Notes: generated by a model not told the origin, from the letters alone. A DNA stretch of 64,000 nucleotides from Nitrososphaeria archaeon (GCA_963752255.1 CAVVXT010000019.1:128001-192000); one strand, 5' to 3'. Positions 31,361 through 41,817 are shown, counted from the stretch's first letter. A program made the numbers and translations.

Positions 31361-31768
31361 ATGTCAGAAAATTTGGGCGCAGCATCGTTCAAGCAGCTTG
31401 AGAAGGAATTCGATGAACTAGACAAGGAAATGAAAGCTGCGATAAGCGATTGGCAGGGTTCATATGTTAACGACACTTGGGTTCCTAATATCCATAGAGA
31501 TTCTGAAAAAGACTTCATCATTCTAGAGAGACTGTTTAAATTATATGATAGACTAGCAGTTTTGTTTGACAAAAACAGAATTGTCCAAGAAAACCATAAA
31601 GAGTTGGAAAGGATTGTGCATGAAAATATGCTAAAATTGGAGACAGCTGTCGAACAGATGGAAAATGGAGACTTCACATTTGTTGACGCCCCCGATAAGG
31701 AATCTTTCCATACATCATGGATGAGTTTGCATCAAAGCTTGATGGCGTTCTTAAAAAAACGTCTCTAG
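31361..31768 (+). CDS. Helical His-containing protein resembling the C-terminal domain of actinobacterial Rv1126c
   Basis: SDWQ...PNIHRD...LERL...GDF..VDAP..ESFHTSWMSLH matches my recollection of the Rv1126c pattern (TDWQ...PNTHDD...DSYHTVWFELH); ATG at 31361 preferred. Confidence 0.7.
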   Translation: MSENLGAASFKQLEKEFDELDKEMKAAISDWQGSYVNDTWVPNIHRDSEKDFIILERLFKLYDRLAVLFDKNRIVQENHKELERIVHENMLKLETAVEQMENGDFTFVDAPDKESFHTSWMSLHQSLMAFLKKRL

Positions 31769-31773
31769 ATGAA

Positions 31774-32172
31774 TTAGACTTTACGCAGGTTTTTTGAATC
31801 TTCTGCAGCATTTTTGGCATCATTAAGACTACCGCCCGAACTTATCTCAACAGCTGCGGCGAATGATCCTTCAACTAGCGGAGCATCCGCGATGGTGACC
31901 TTCTCTCCAATTTCTTTAGGGAGCATCTTTATAGCTGCTTTGGAACTTATTATTGCACTTCCTAAATCGCAGACTATCAACACACCCCCTCTGTCCATCA
32001 CGTGTAAAATCGCTCTTTTTATAGCCAAAGGGTCTGTTCCAATAACTTTAGGGTCTATTGTTAAACCTCCAACAGACTCGACTATAACATTTCCTTTAAC
32101 AGCCTGGTTCAATAGCTCTTTAACACCTTCAGCAAGCCTTTTACTATGAGAAACAATGACTATGCCTACCAT
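31774..32172 (-). CDS. dhaM: PTS-dependent dihydroxyacetone kinase phosphotransfer subunit (EIIA-Man-like)
   Basis: VGIVIVSHS (phospho-His), IGTD, DLGSAI, DAPLVEG. Confidence 0.92.
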   Translation of the reverse strand: MVGIVIVSHSKRLAEGVKELLNQAVKGNVIVESVGGLTIDPKVIGTDPLAIKRAILHVMDRGGVLIVCDLGSAIISSKAAIKMLPKEIGEKVTIADAPLVEGSFAAAVEISSGGSLNDAKNAAEDSKNLRKV

Positions 32173-32175
32173 GAA

Positions 32176-32832
32176 TTATTCACCCTTCTCCCTTACGAAA
32201 TCGTACATCACCTTAATTATCAGATAGGCACTTGTTGCTCCGGGATCTTGATGGCCAGCAGCTCTTTCACCCAGATAACTCGCTCTACCCTTCTTTGCTA
32301 TCAATGGAATCGTAGACTTCAATCCCCGATCAGCTGCCATTAGAACTCTTTCGAGAACATTTACTAGACCGGCACAACTTATATCACGTGACTTGTTCAA
32401 CTCCTGCACCGCAGGGTAGAGGGTATCTACCATAGTCTTGTCCCCTGGCATAGTGCCGCCTCCTATATCTTGGACAGCTTTCAGACCTTCTACGAAAATT
32501 GCTGCAAGATCTGCATTATTTGCCTCTTTTTTATCTGATGCTGCTGATGCCATACCTGTAAACATCATGCCATACAATGGTCCTGCAGCACCACCCACCG
32601 TTTCCATTAAAACGGTACCTGTTGTCATAAGAACATCTCCAATATCTGAATTCGGATCTGCCTTCTTAAGCTGTTCAACTACACTCTTAAACCCTCTATT
32701 CATGTTAATACCGTGATCCGCGTCTCCGATAGCTGCATCCAAGTCTGTTAAATACTCCTCATTTTCGTTCATAACAAGGCTGACCCTACATATTATTTCA
32801 ATAAAATCTGACGTTTTAAGAGTTCTCGTCAA
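32176..32832 (-). CDS. dhaL: Dihydroxyacetone kinase ADP-binding subunit
   Basis: LDAAIGDADHG, GGAAGPLYG, GDKTMVD, KGRASYLGER..GHQDPGATS; TTG at 32832 preferred. Confidence 0.94.
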   Translation of the reverse strand: MTRTLKTSDFIEIICRVSLVMNENEEYLTDLDAAIGDADHGINMNRGFKSVVEQLKKADPNSDIGDVLMTTGTVLMETVGGAAGPLYGMMFTGMASAASDKKEANNADLAAIFVEGLKAVQDIGGGTMPGDKTMVDTLYPAVQELNKSRDISCAGLVNVLERVLMAADRGLKSTIPLIAKKGRASYLGERAAGHQDPGATSAYLIIKVMYDFVREKGE

Positions 32833-32863
32833 ATCCACAGCACTTTTCAGAATGTGTCCTATT

Positions 32864-33871
32864 CTAGCAGATGACTGGACCCGGCGTGTTGATTGCAACC
32901 GTTGCTGCGCGATCTCCAAGAAGGCTCTTCAATTCCTCGTCCAGTTTAAGCACTCCCACCCTTGCTCCCTGCATTTCAAGAGAGGACATGAATTCACCTA
33001 TCCAGCTAGCGTAAACAATCAATCCTAAGGAGTCAACATATTTCCTTACATCCCTGTAAAAGAGTAGTTTTTCCATATAAGGAGTGCCACCTGTTCCTTG
33101 AACCATCAAAGCTATCTTATCACCTCTAACTGTGCTCAGGTCTTCAACTACCTTGTCAACCATCATTTTTGCGAGCTCTTCAGAAGGAACCCATTTTGCT
33201 TTCTCTACACCCTTCTCACCATGTATTCCTATTCCGATTTCTATCTCATCTTCACCAAGTTCAAAGGTGTGCCTGCCTACAGCGGGAACACTACATGGGG
33301 TCAGAGCAACACCAAATTCGCGACCATTTTCTATTACTTTCTGTGATACCCGTTTCACATCTTCTAGATTTCCACCCTTCTCAGCTAAAGCGCCAGCTAT
33401 CTTGTGTACAAAAACGGTTACACCAGTGCCTCTCCTTTTCGATTTGTCTCGGATTGCAACATCATCGTTAACTATAACCCAGTCAACCATAATGCCTTGA
33501 GCCCTTGCCGACTTTGCTGCTGACTGGAAGTTCATAACGTCCCCCGAATAATTCTTTATGACTATCAGGATGCCGGCTTTAGTAGATACCTCCTTTATTC
33601 CAAAAATAATTTGTGGAATCGTCGGAGAAGTGAAGGTAGCGCCAGAACAGGCACAGTCAAGCATGCCGAATCCCACATAACCCGCGTGAGCTGGTTCATG
33701 TCCGCTGCCGCCTCCTGAAAGAAGAGCGACCTTATTGTCCGCTTTCTTATAGACCCTGTAGACGTTGTTCCATTTGGAATCTAATTTCACTACGTCAGGA
33801 AAGGCTAGCGCCAACCCCTCTAGCATTTCCCGGACTTCCTCCCCTGGTCTATTAATGAGCTTCTTTATCAC
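32864..33871 (-). CDS. dhaK: Dihydroxyacetone kinase substrate-binding subunit
   Basis: SGGGSGHEPAHAGYVG, KNYSGDVMNF, GIGIHGEKG. Confidence 0.95.
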   Translation of the reverse strand: MIKKLINRPGEEVREMLEGLALAFPDVVKLDSKWNNVYRVYKKADNKVALLSGGGSGHEPAHAGYVGFGMLDCACSGATFTSPTIPQIIFGIKEVSTKAGILIVIKNYSGDVMNFQSAAKSARAQGIMVDWVIVNDDVAIRDKSKRRGTGVTVFVHKIAGALAEKGGNLEDVKRVSQKVIENGREFGVALTPCSVPAVGRHTFELGEDEIEIGIGIHGEKGVEKAKWVPSEELAKMMVDKVVEDLSTVRGDKIALMVQGTGGTPYMEKLLFYRDVRKYVDSLGLIVYASWIGEFMSSLEMQGARVGVLKLDEELKSLLGDRAATVAINTPGPVIC

Positions 33872-33969
33872 ATGTACAAGGTTTCATCATCTGACATATA
33901 TCCATTGTTTATGCGAAATTCTATCTAAATGGAAAGAATTCGATCTGTAACCTTCTAAAAAGGACCGTG

Positions 33970-35550
33970 TTATTGGAAGGATAAGAGCTTTTTAACTTCA
34001 ACCGTTGGCTCAGGCTGCACAATCGGCACTTCTCCTAGATAGACATTACCTGTACTTCCATCGACGGTGATCAGGTCGCCTTCCTTAACCTTGATTCCGT
34101 TGACTTCGAAGAAGCCTCTTTCCATATCGATTCTTATTTTATCACATCCTACGACACATGGCTTTCCAAACCCTCTTGCTATAACGGCTGCGTGACTTGT
34201 TAGCCCACCGACGACGGTCAGGAGCCCTTCAGAAGCAGCTACACCGGCTATGTCGTCCGGCCTTGTTTCCTGTCTCACTAGAACAACCTTAATGTCGGCT
34301 TCTTTCATTCTTATGGCATCGTTTAAGCCAAAGACTACTTTGCCGGATGCGACGCTAGGCGAAGCCGGAAGACCTTTGACCAAAGGCGTACCTTTAAAGC
34401 GTTGATCGATTTTCTTATAGAAAAGCTGCCTAACCTGTGAAATATCTATTCTTTCCAGCGCTTCCTTTTTAGTGATCAACCCCTCTTCAACCATATCTAC
34501 TAGAATCTTTATTGCAGCCATACTTGTTCTTTTACCTGTTCTACTTTGTAAGACAAAGAGCTTATCACTTTCAACAGTAAATTCTATTTCTTGCATATCT
34601 TTGAAGAATTTTTCTATCTTATAGGCGACTTGTATAATGTGCTCATACAACTTGGGCTTAGAATGCCTAAGTTCGTTTATTGGTTTCGGAGTTCTTAGCC
34701 CCGACACTATTTCTTCGCCTTGAGCTTCCGAAAGATATTCACCGTATATTTCTTTCAGCCCTGTTGACGGATTCCTTGAGAAAGCGACGCCTGTCAATGA
34801 TGACTCGTCAAAGTTTCCGTACACCATACTCATTACGATAACAGCTGTTCCTAAATCATCGTTAATCTTGTACATTCTTCTGTATGTTGAAGCACGCGGG
34901 TTCCACCATGAATCAAAAACTGCAGATATGGCTTGATAAAGCTGTTCATATGGATCTTCAGGCAGCTTTTTTCCGGTTACCTTTTCTACGAGCAATTTGT
35001 AAGATTCAGCGACATTGCTATAAAAACTTGGAGAAGAAACAGATATGTTCTTGACACCAAATGTTTCTTTAATGTCATTAAATGTGTGTGTGAAGTTCTC
35101 GTCTGGAACCTTCAAAACAGTTTTGCCGAAGCTTCTTATAAACGAGCCATAAATTTCATACGCAAACCTCTCATTTGAAGAATATTCTGCAAGCGCTTTA
35201 ACCACCATCTCGTTAACCCCTAAATTTAGAACGGTGTCCATCATTCCCGGCATAGAAAATGGAGCACCAGATCTCGCGGACACAAGTAACGGATTCTTGG
35301 AGCCTCCAAAACTTCGTCCACACTTCAGCTCTAGTTCCTTCATCTTCAAGAAAATCTTTTCCTTTAGCTCTATTGTAAGCTTCCTTTCATTAGCACAATA
35401 TCTTTTAAATGATTCCGTTGATACAATAAAACCGAGTGGAACAGGTAACCCCAACTTTGAAATTTCAACTAACATAAAACCCTTTCCCCCGATTTCAAAC
35501 TCCGTTAGGCCGTGAGCAGCTGCTTCGTCAAAAGAATAAACTAAGACCAT
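33970..35550 (-). CDS. C-terminally truncated pyruvate phosphate dikinase homolog (ATP-grasp + His swivel domains; no pyruvate/PEP barrel)
   Basis: GGKG, PLLVSARSGAPFSMPGMMDTVLNLG, AQGEEIVSG, LQSRTGKR, GGLTSHAAVIARG; ends at the linker helix; ATG at 35550 preferred. Confidence 0.9.
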   Translation of the reverse strand: MVLVYSFDEAAAHGLTEFEIGGKGFMLVEISKLGLPVPLGFIVSTESFKRYCANERKLTIELKEKIFLKMKELELKCGRSFGGSKNPLLVSARSGAPFSMPGMMDTVLNLGVNEMVVKALAEYSSNERFAYEIYGSFIRSFGKTVLKVPDENFTHTFNDIKETFGVKNISVSSPSFYSNVAESYKLLVEKVTGKKLPEDPYEQLYQAISAVFDSWWNPRASTYRRMYKINDDLGTAVIVMSMVYGNFDESSLTGVAFSRNPSTGLKEIYGEYLSEAQGEEIVSGLRTPKPINELRHSKPKLYEHIIQVAYKIEKFFKDMQEIEFTVESDKLFVLQSRTGKRTSMAAIKILVDMVEEGLITKKEALERIDISQVRQLFYKKIDQRFKGTPLVKGLPASPSVASGKVVFGLNDAIRMKEADIKVVLVRQETRPDDIAGVAASEGLLTVVGGLTSHAAVIARGFGKPCVVGCDKIRIDMERGFFEVNGIKVKEGDLITVDGSTGNVYLGEVPIVQPEPTVEVKKLLSFQ

Positions 35551-35629
35551 GAATACATACAAATAGTCTGAAATATTAAATCTTATTGGAAAAACATTTA
35601 ATAGACAAAGCTGCTTTTCCAAAACTTAT

Positions 35630-35896
35630 ATGATCAAAGGTGAAGTAACACTGTTGAACAGGACTGGGTTGCATGCCCGACCCGCTGCAAAGTTAGTTCA
35701 AATGACAAAGAAGTTCAGATCCAAAATAAGCATAATTAAGGGAGATCAAGAGGCTGACGCTAAGAGTGTAATCAGAATCCTCTCCCTTGGCGCAGAGCAA
35801 TGGGATAAGATCGTTATCAAAGCAGACGGAGAAGATGAAAAAGAAGCTTTTGAAGCGTTAATGACACTTATCAGCAATAAATTTTGGGAGGAGTAA
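35630..35896 (+). CDS. ptsH: HPr phosphocarrier protein
   Basis: GLHARPAA (His15), DAKS (Ser46), ADGEDE. Confidence 0.95.
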   Translation: MIKGEVTLLNRTGLHARPAAKLVQMTKKFRSKISIIKGDQEADAKSVIRILSLGAEQWDKIVIKADGEDEKEAFEALMTLISNKFWEE

Positions 35897-36071
35897 CCGC
35901 ATCCTCTCTTTTAAAACCATGATATCAATAGGGTTTTTCAAAATGGGAATTAAAACATAAATCGAGAGAGAATTAACACCAAAAGCAGTGTAGATCCTAT
36001 TATATTGCTCATTAGATGATTTGTTGTTAAGGAGCCTTACTTAAGCTTAAGGATAAATAAGGACCTTTGAC

Positions 36072-36713
36072 ATGATACGATTGATGCACAAAGACGACCC
36101 CAGACCCTACATAGAAGAAAAGGGATTACATATAAAGCTGTACAAAAACCTTGTTAAAAAGAGACCTAAACTATGGAATGCACTACAAAAGAATCTGGGG
36201 GAACTGCTAGAGTATTATCAGGAAGACCCAGACAAGCTTATTTTACTTTACGAAAAAACCATATCAGACGACTTTCTAGACAGCCGCGAAAGCCCAGAAA
36301 AGTTTTGGATTTTTCTTGTTCTAAAATTTTCTATAAGTTACCTTAATGAGACAAAAAATGTCTTTAACTTCCATTATGATTCCGTCAAGAAATTTTATGA
36401 TAACGAAATTCCGGCTCTAATGAAAACTGACATCGAAATTGCTCAACTTTTAGATAATGAGCCGTACAGAAACCTTTTTCTTAACAGACTTTACTCTACG
36501 AGAAGGGATTTATATCTAAAACTGGATAGGCTCTTGAAAACATATGATAATTTCAAGGAAGTGTCTAAGAAAGATGAAGAATTAGAAGGTAAACTGAATA
36601 AGAAACTTTCAATTTTTAGATTTATCCACCCACTTAGATTTAACAGATTTATAAAAGAAATTGAAAATAACCAGCCAAGTTTAGAAAAATACATTCCTCT
36701 AGTTTATTCTTAA
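36072..36713 (+). CDS. Hypothetical protein
   Basis: 213-codon AT-rich ORF; no motif recognised. Confidence 0.6.
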   Translation: MIRLMHKDDPRPYIEEKGLHIKLYKNLVKKRPKLWNALQKNLGELLEYYQEDPDKLILLYEKTISDDFLDSRESPEKFWIFLVLKFSISYLNETKNVFNFHYDSVKKFYDNEIPALMKTDIEIAQLLDNEPYRNLFLNRLYSTRRDLYLKLDRLLKTYDNFKEVSKKDEELEGKLNKKLSIFRFIHPLRFNRFIKEIENNQPSLEKYIPLVYS

Positions 36714-36974
36714 GCTTTCAGATTACATAAACATATTTCATTAAGTCAGCAGGAATTGTAATGACTGTATGGGAGTATTTATTGATTATAAGAAGCCATA
36801 AATAAGACTTTGTTCTCCAAAAAGTCCTTTAGAATTTTAATTCAGCTAAAGTTACAAGGTTCTAGTCTGATGATGAACCCTATAATTCGGTAACAGTCCC
36901 GAATTGACCCATGCTTGCGACCATTCTTTTCTTAAAAGCTTAAGCTTTACCGTCTGTATCTTAACACTTCACGT

Positions 36975-37150
36975 TCACTTTGAAGATTGGCCATCATGCC
37001 ACCGTTTTGGCACAATTGATATCAAGACCGAAGCTAAGATCACTAACAGTACTATGATTATCGAGATTAAAGTCGGGATCAAGAAGCCAAACTGTCCAGC
37101 TATAAGCTTCACACCGAAGAATATCAGTACCACTGAATTATGGAAATCCT
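36975..37150 (-). pseudogene. C-terminal remnant of a TerC/Alx-like membrane protein
   Basis: SVVLIFFGVKLI...IPTLISIIIVLLVILASVLIS resembles the last two TerC helices; no N-terminus present. Confidence 0.5.
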
Positions 37151-37185
37151 TAATTCTGAATACATTTGCCCTTAGTAAATGAAAA

Positions 37186-39874
37186 ATGGAGAATTTCAGT
37201 AAACCACAGTGGCACACTCTTGAACCTGATGCCGTATTGCAGAATATTGGTAGCAATAGAGATGGTCTTAGCGAACAAGAAGTTAAAGGGAGAAGGGAAA
37301 AGTATGGAATAAACGAAATAAGAAGAGAGAAGAAGATTTCTCCATTGAAGCTCTTTATCGAACAATTCGAGAATATTCTGATCATCCTATTATTGGCAGC
37401 TACAGCATTTTCTCTTTTGGTCGGAGAAGTGCTGGATGCTGTAGTAATTTTCGCTATAGTTATAGCCTCAGCTGGCCTAGGATTCATAGAAGAATTTCGT
37501 TCTGAGAATGCAGTACAGCTTTTGAAACAACTTGCAGCGCCCACTGTTACACTGATAAGAGAAGGAAAAGAGCAAGTAGTCCCTTCCTCAGATATCGTTC
37601 CTGGAGACATAGTTGTACTGCGAGTGGGAGATAAGGTTCCTGCTGACATTAGGTTAATTGAAGTTTTCAATTTAAAGATAGATGAAGCACCTTTAACTGG
37701 AGAGTCTCTTCCGGTAGAAAAGAACGTAACGGTCCTACCAGAAAATACAGTTATCCCGGATATGACAAACATGTCTTTTAGTGGTACTGTTGTAACCTAT
37801 GGCAGAGGCTTAGGTGTTGTAGTTTCTACTGGGAATGAAAACAGAATTTGGAAAAATCGCTAAAACTGTGCAAGAAGAGCAAAAAACCGAGACTCCACTG
37901 GAGCGAAGAATGAATACAATCAGTAAGACGTTGATTTCTTTTATGTTGTGTGTTTGTGCTCTTGTTGCTTTCTTTGGAATAATAAGAGGCTATGCTATTT
38001 TAGATATGATTCTTTGGGGAATCAGTTTAGCTGTGGCAGCCGTACCTGAAGCGTTGCCCGCTGTTGTTACTGGTTCATTAGCGGTAGGTATGTACGAAAT
38101 GGCTAGGAGAAAAGCGATAATAAGAAGACTTCCTGCAGTTGAAACTTTGGGAGGAACCTCTATAATATGCTCAGATAAAACAGGTACAATGACAAAGGGT
38201 GAAATGACGGTCAGAAGGATGTATGTTGAAGATAAAGTTATTGAGGTTAGTGGCGCAGGTTACGAGCCCAAAGGAGCTTTTTATATCGATGGCCAGGAAA
38301 TCGATTCTAAAAAATCTGAGGGACTACTAAGACTTCTAAAAGCATCGGCATTATGCAATGACGCAAAACTCGCCAATGAAAAAGGCAAGTGGATGGTTAT
38401 TGGGGATACTACGGAAGGCGCACTACTAGTTGTTGCAGCCAAAGCTGGAATTTATGTGGAAAAGTTGAATCAAGGAAGAGTAAACGAGATACCTTTCACT
38501 TCGGAACGAAAGAGAATGACTACCATCCATGTTGTCCCAGAGTTCGATAAGAAACTTGTTTTGATGAAAGGGGCCCCTGAAGTTGTCCTTGAGAAATGTA
38601 GCCGTGTCTTTATGAACGGAAAATCCACTTTGCTGTCACAAGAGAAAAAGAAAGGAATTTTAGAAGTAAATGAGAAGATGGCTTCTGATGCACTACGAAA
38701 TCTTGCATTAGCATACAGAGAGGAGATAGACGTTCCTGATGATCTCGACGAAGAATTTGAGAGAAATTTCATATTCTTGGGTCTTGTCGGAATGATAGAC
38801 CCTCCACGCCCAGAAGTAAAAGAAGCACTCAAGCTTTGCGATAACGCTGGAATAAAGGTCGTGATGATAACAGGAGATCACAAGTTAACTGCAGTTGCAG
38901 TCGCTAAAGAACTGGGCATAGTCAAAGATGACAACAGTTTGATCCTAACAGGTGCTGAACTTGAGAGAATGCCAGAGGAAGATTTTGACAAGATTGTAGA
39001 AAATGTAAAGGTATACGCAAGAGTCTCTCCCGAACACAAAATGAGAATAGTCAAAGCTCTAAAGGAAAAAGGACACATCGTAGCCATGACAGGTGACGGG
39101 ATAAACGACGCGGCAGCTCTCAAGATGGCGGACATTGGTATTTCAATGGGAATTACTGGAACTGAAGTAACTAAAGAAACATCTGATATGATTCTAGCAG
39201 ACGACAACTTTGCAACTATCGTCAATGCCGTAAAAGAGGGAAGAAGAATATTCGACAACATCAAAAAGTATCTTGTATATCTCTTGCAATGCAACCTAGC
39301 AGAAATCGCTACAATGCTAGTCGCAACCCTCGCAGGCCTTCCAATACCTCTGACAGCGATACAATTACTCTGGGTGAATCTAACCACAGATGGCCTACCT
39401 GCTTTAGCATTAGGAATCGATCCAGCAGAATCCGATTTAATGGAAAGGAAGCCAAGGCCACTAAAAGAAAGTATAACAACTAAAAGGGAAAATTGGATAT
39501 ACTTCGTTATAGTTCCTGCAGTCCTAACATCGATACTCCTCATTAACTTTACTTGGTCGTTGGCCAACGAATCCATGGTGGAAGCTAGGACGCAGACATT
39601 CACAGTCATGATAGCATGCGAACTTGTAATAGCTCTATCTTGTCATTCAGCAAAGCATTTATTCTACAAATCTAAGCCATTTTCCAACAAATTCCTATGG
39701 ATTGCTGTAATAAGCTCTTTCCTAATGCAATTCTTTGTCCTTTATGTTCCCTTCATGCATGTACCTTTTGACATTACCTTCCCAAGCCTTCAGGATTGGA
39801 CACTTGCCGCAGTCTCAGCTACCATAATATTCTCTACTGTAGAAACACTAAAGTTCCAAATAAGGAAGAAATAG
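37186..39874 (+). pseudogene. Cation-transporting P-type ATPase (type IIA, Ca2+-like), split by a +1 G near 37832 (possible sequencing error)
   Basis: LTGES, PEALP, DKTGT, KGAPE, GDGIND; removing one G from actGggaatg restores STGMKTEFG. Confidence 0.92.
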
Positions 39875-39961
39875 AATACAATCACTTCCTTTTTAGAAAA
39901 TATTTAAAAAGATTCAGTGGAGTTGGAGACCTAATGCGCGGAGAAAGAAAACGGCAGTACT

Positions 39962-40324
39962 TTGTGTCATACTTATACTATTCATGATCGTTTTATTATT
40001 TCAGAATGTACTTTGTTACACCAACTCTTCACTTTGGAGCAAGAGTTTAGCCACTTATACACCTCAGAAGTACAGAATCTCCTCATATACTACTACTTTG
40101 ATGGATGGTCTGGCGATGCTGATTCACCTGATCAATCTTTAGTTGATAGGATGGTCAAACCGATAAATGTTCATTCAATCTGGAAAGAAATCGTCTATGG
40201 CAACGTTTTTCTTGCTGTTATACCAGTAATCGTTGCAGTTGGAATTCTATCTTGGTTTATTTTGAGAAAGAAGTTCAAGGGCCGTAATTCAAGAAAACTT
40301 GAAGGATCAGGTAGATTACAATAA
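39962..40324 (+). other. Probable gene fragment (cell-surface repeat-like segment + C-terminal TM helix)
   Basis: YYFDGWSGD...W followed by a TM helix and basic tail; N-terminus unconvincing. Confidence 0.35.
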
Positions 40325-40390
40325 ATTAGATTATATTACTAGGTTAGAAGCGTATGCGTTCAATATGTATAAGTCTGTGCCTAAAGCTTA

Positions 40391-40468
40391 TGGTGCTCCG
40401 GCCGGGATTTGAACCCGGGTCCATGACTCGAGAGGCCATTATACTTGACCGGTCTGTACTACCGGAGC
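40391..40468 (-). tRNA. tRNA-Glu(CUC), encoded CCA
   Basis: GCTCCGG/CCGGAGC acceptor stem, ATGGC-CTCTCGA-GTCAT anticodon arm. Confidence 0.95.
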
Positions 40469-40503
40469 ACATACTTAGCTTTCGCACTTTTATTTATGAG
40501 CTT

Positions 40504-40752
40504 TTAGATTTTAATAACATACTTTGATGCGAGCCTGATATCTTCTGCTTTTATCGTCTTTCTTCCCGCATGGTTTGAAAGCTCGACAGCGTGCTTTCCG
40601 ATTTCAATTCCAGCTTGGTTCAATACCTTTGCTAATTCTATTAAAGCGTCTTCGCCAGCTCTGTCAGCACCCGCCTTTTTTAGTATCCTATAGATAGGCG
40701 CTAACCCGAACTCAAATTCATCTGAAGTCATGTAGTCTTCTTTCTTAAGCAT
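40504..40752 (-). CDS. Archaeal histone
   Basis: LAPIYRILKKAGADR, HAGRKTIKAEDI. Confidence 0.93.
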   Translation of the reverse strand: MLKKEDYMTSDEFEFGLAPIYRILKKAGADRAGEDALIELAKVLNQAGIEIGKHAVELSNHAGRKTIKAEDIRLASKYVIKI

Positions 40753-40795
40753 GTATATAAAAATTTTAGTAGACCACCTTGATAGTTAAAGGCGC

Positions 40796-41563
40796 TTGCT
40801 AATTGATTCGCACGCGCATATTGTTGACGATGAATTAAAGCCTTTTTTAGACTGGATCCTTGGCACATGTCAGAGGAATCGCATCAAGATCTTTGCCAAC
40901 GGTACAGATATAAAATCCAGTATTGAGAATGTTAAACTTACTGAGAAATATCCTGATACTATTAGTGCTTTCGTTGGCATCCATCCATGGGAATCTCATA
41001 CCTTTGATGGAGCAGCGTTTAAGGAATTCGTGTCCGAGAACCTTGCAAAAGTGAGCGGAATAGGGGAAATCGGATTAGATGGAAAGTACATTGACAGCAT
41101 TCCTTTTGAACTACAAAAAAAAGTGTTCGAATACCAGTTGTCGATAGCTGAAGAATTTAAATTGCCTGTGTGCGTACATTCACGTAGGGCTCACGAAGAC
41201 GTACTAAATGAGCTGGAAACTTTTACATTAGATGGAGTTCTACTTCACTGGTTTAGTGGTAGTGATGAACAGATGCAAAGGGGTATTGATAAAGGGTACT
41301 TCTTTAGTTTTGGTCCCACCATTGTTTACAGCAAAGGTTCTCGAAAATTAATGAGTTCATGTTCGATAGACCGTATACTGTTTGAGACAGATTCGCCTGT
41401 CCACTATGATGCATGCTTTGAAAATCGCATCTCAACGCCCCTACTATTGGGAACAATATATTATACAGCATGCAAAATTTTAAACAAAAATTTAGAAGAA
41501 ACTTTAAATATTATCTCGGAGAACTCGCAGAACTACATAGGGAGAAGAATAATTTGGAGATGA
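40796..41563 (+). CDS. TatD family hydrolase/nuclease
   Basis: IDSHAH, GIHP, GEIGLD, VHSR, LHWF, FETDSP. Confidence 0.93.
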   Translation: MLIDSHAHIVDDELKPFLDWILGTCQRNRIKIFANGTDIKSSIENVKLTEKYPDTISAFVGIHPWESHTFDGAAFKEFVSENLAKVSGIGEIGLDGKYIDSIPFELQKKVFEYQLSIAEEFKLPVCVHSRRAHEDVLNELETFTLDGVLLHWFSGSDEQMQRGIDKGYFFSFGPTIVYSKGSRKLMSSCSIDRILFETDSPVHYDACFENRISTPLLLGTIYYTACKILNKNLEETLNIISENSQNYIGRRIIWR

Positions 41564-41569
41564 AACATT

Positions 41570-41785
41570 TTGGGACTTGTTAGAAACCTCTCACTGGATT
41601 TAATCCAGAAGCACAAAGAAGAGTTCACGTCAGATTTCGAACAAAATAAGAAGGTTATTGAGAAGTACATTAGCTTCAGGTCAAAGAGTTTAAGAAATAT
41701 GATAGCAGGATACATCACAGGTTACATCAACAAAAACGCTGAAGTCGCTGAGAGCGAAGAGAAAGAAGATCAGACAGCAGAATAA
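41570..41785 (+). CDS. rps17e: 30S ribosomal protein S17e
   Basis: FTSDFEQNKK, SKSLRNMIAGYIT. Confidence 0.94.
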   Translation: MGLVRNLSLDLIQKHKEEFTSDFEQNKKVIEKYISFRSKSLRNMIAGYITGYINKNAEVAESEEKEDQTAE

Positions 41786-41817
41786 TATCTGTGTCAAATT
41801 TTGGTGGTCTTTGAATC

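Noticed and set aside
36975-37772. 265-aa minus-strand ORF
   Set aside because: Mostly an antisense shadow of the P-type ATPase; only the last ~55 codons look like a TerC remnant.
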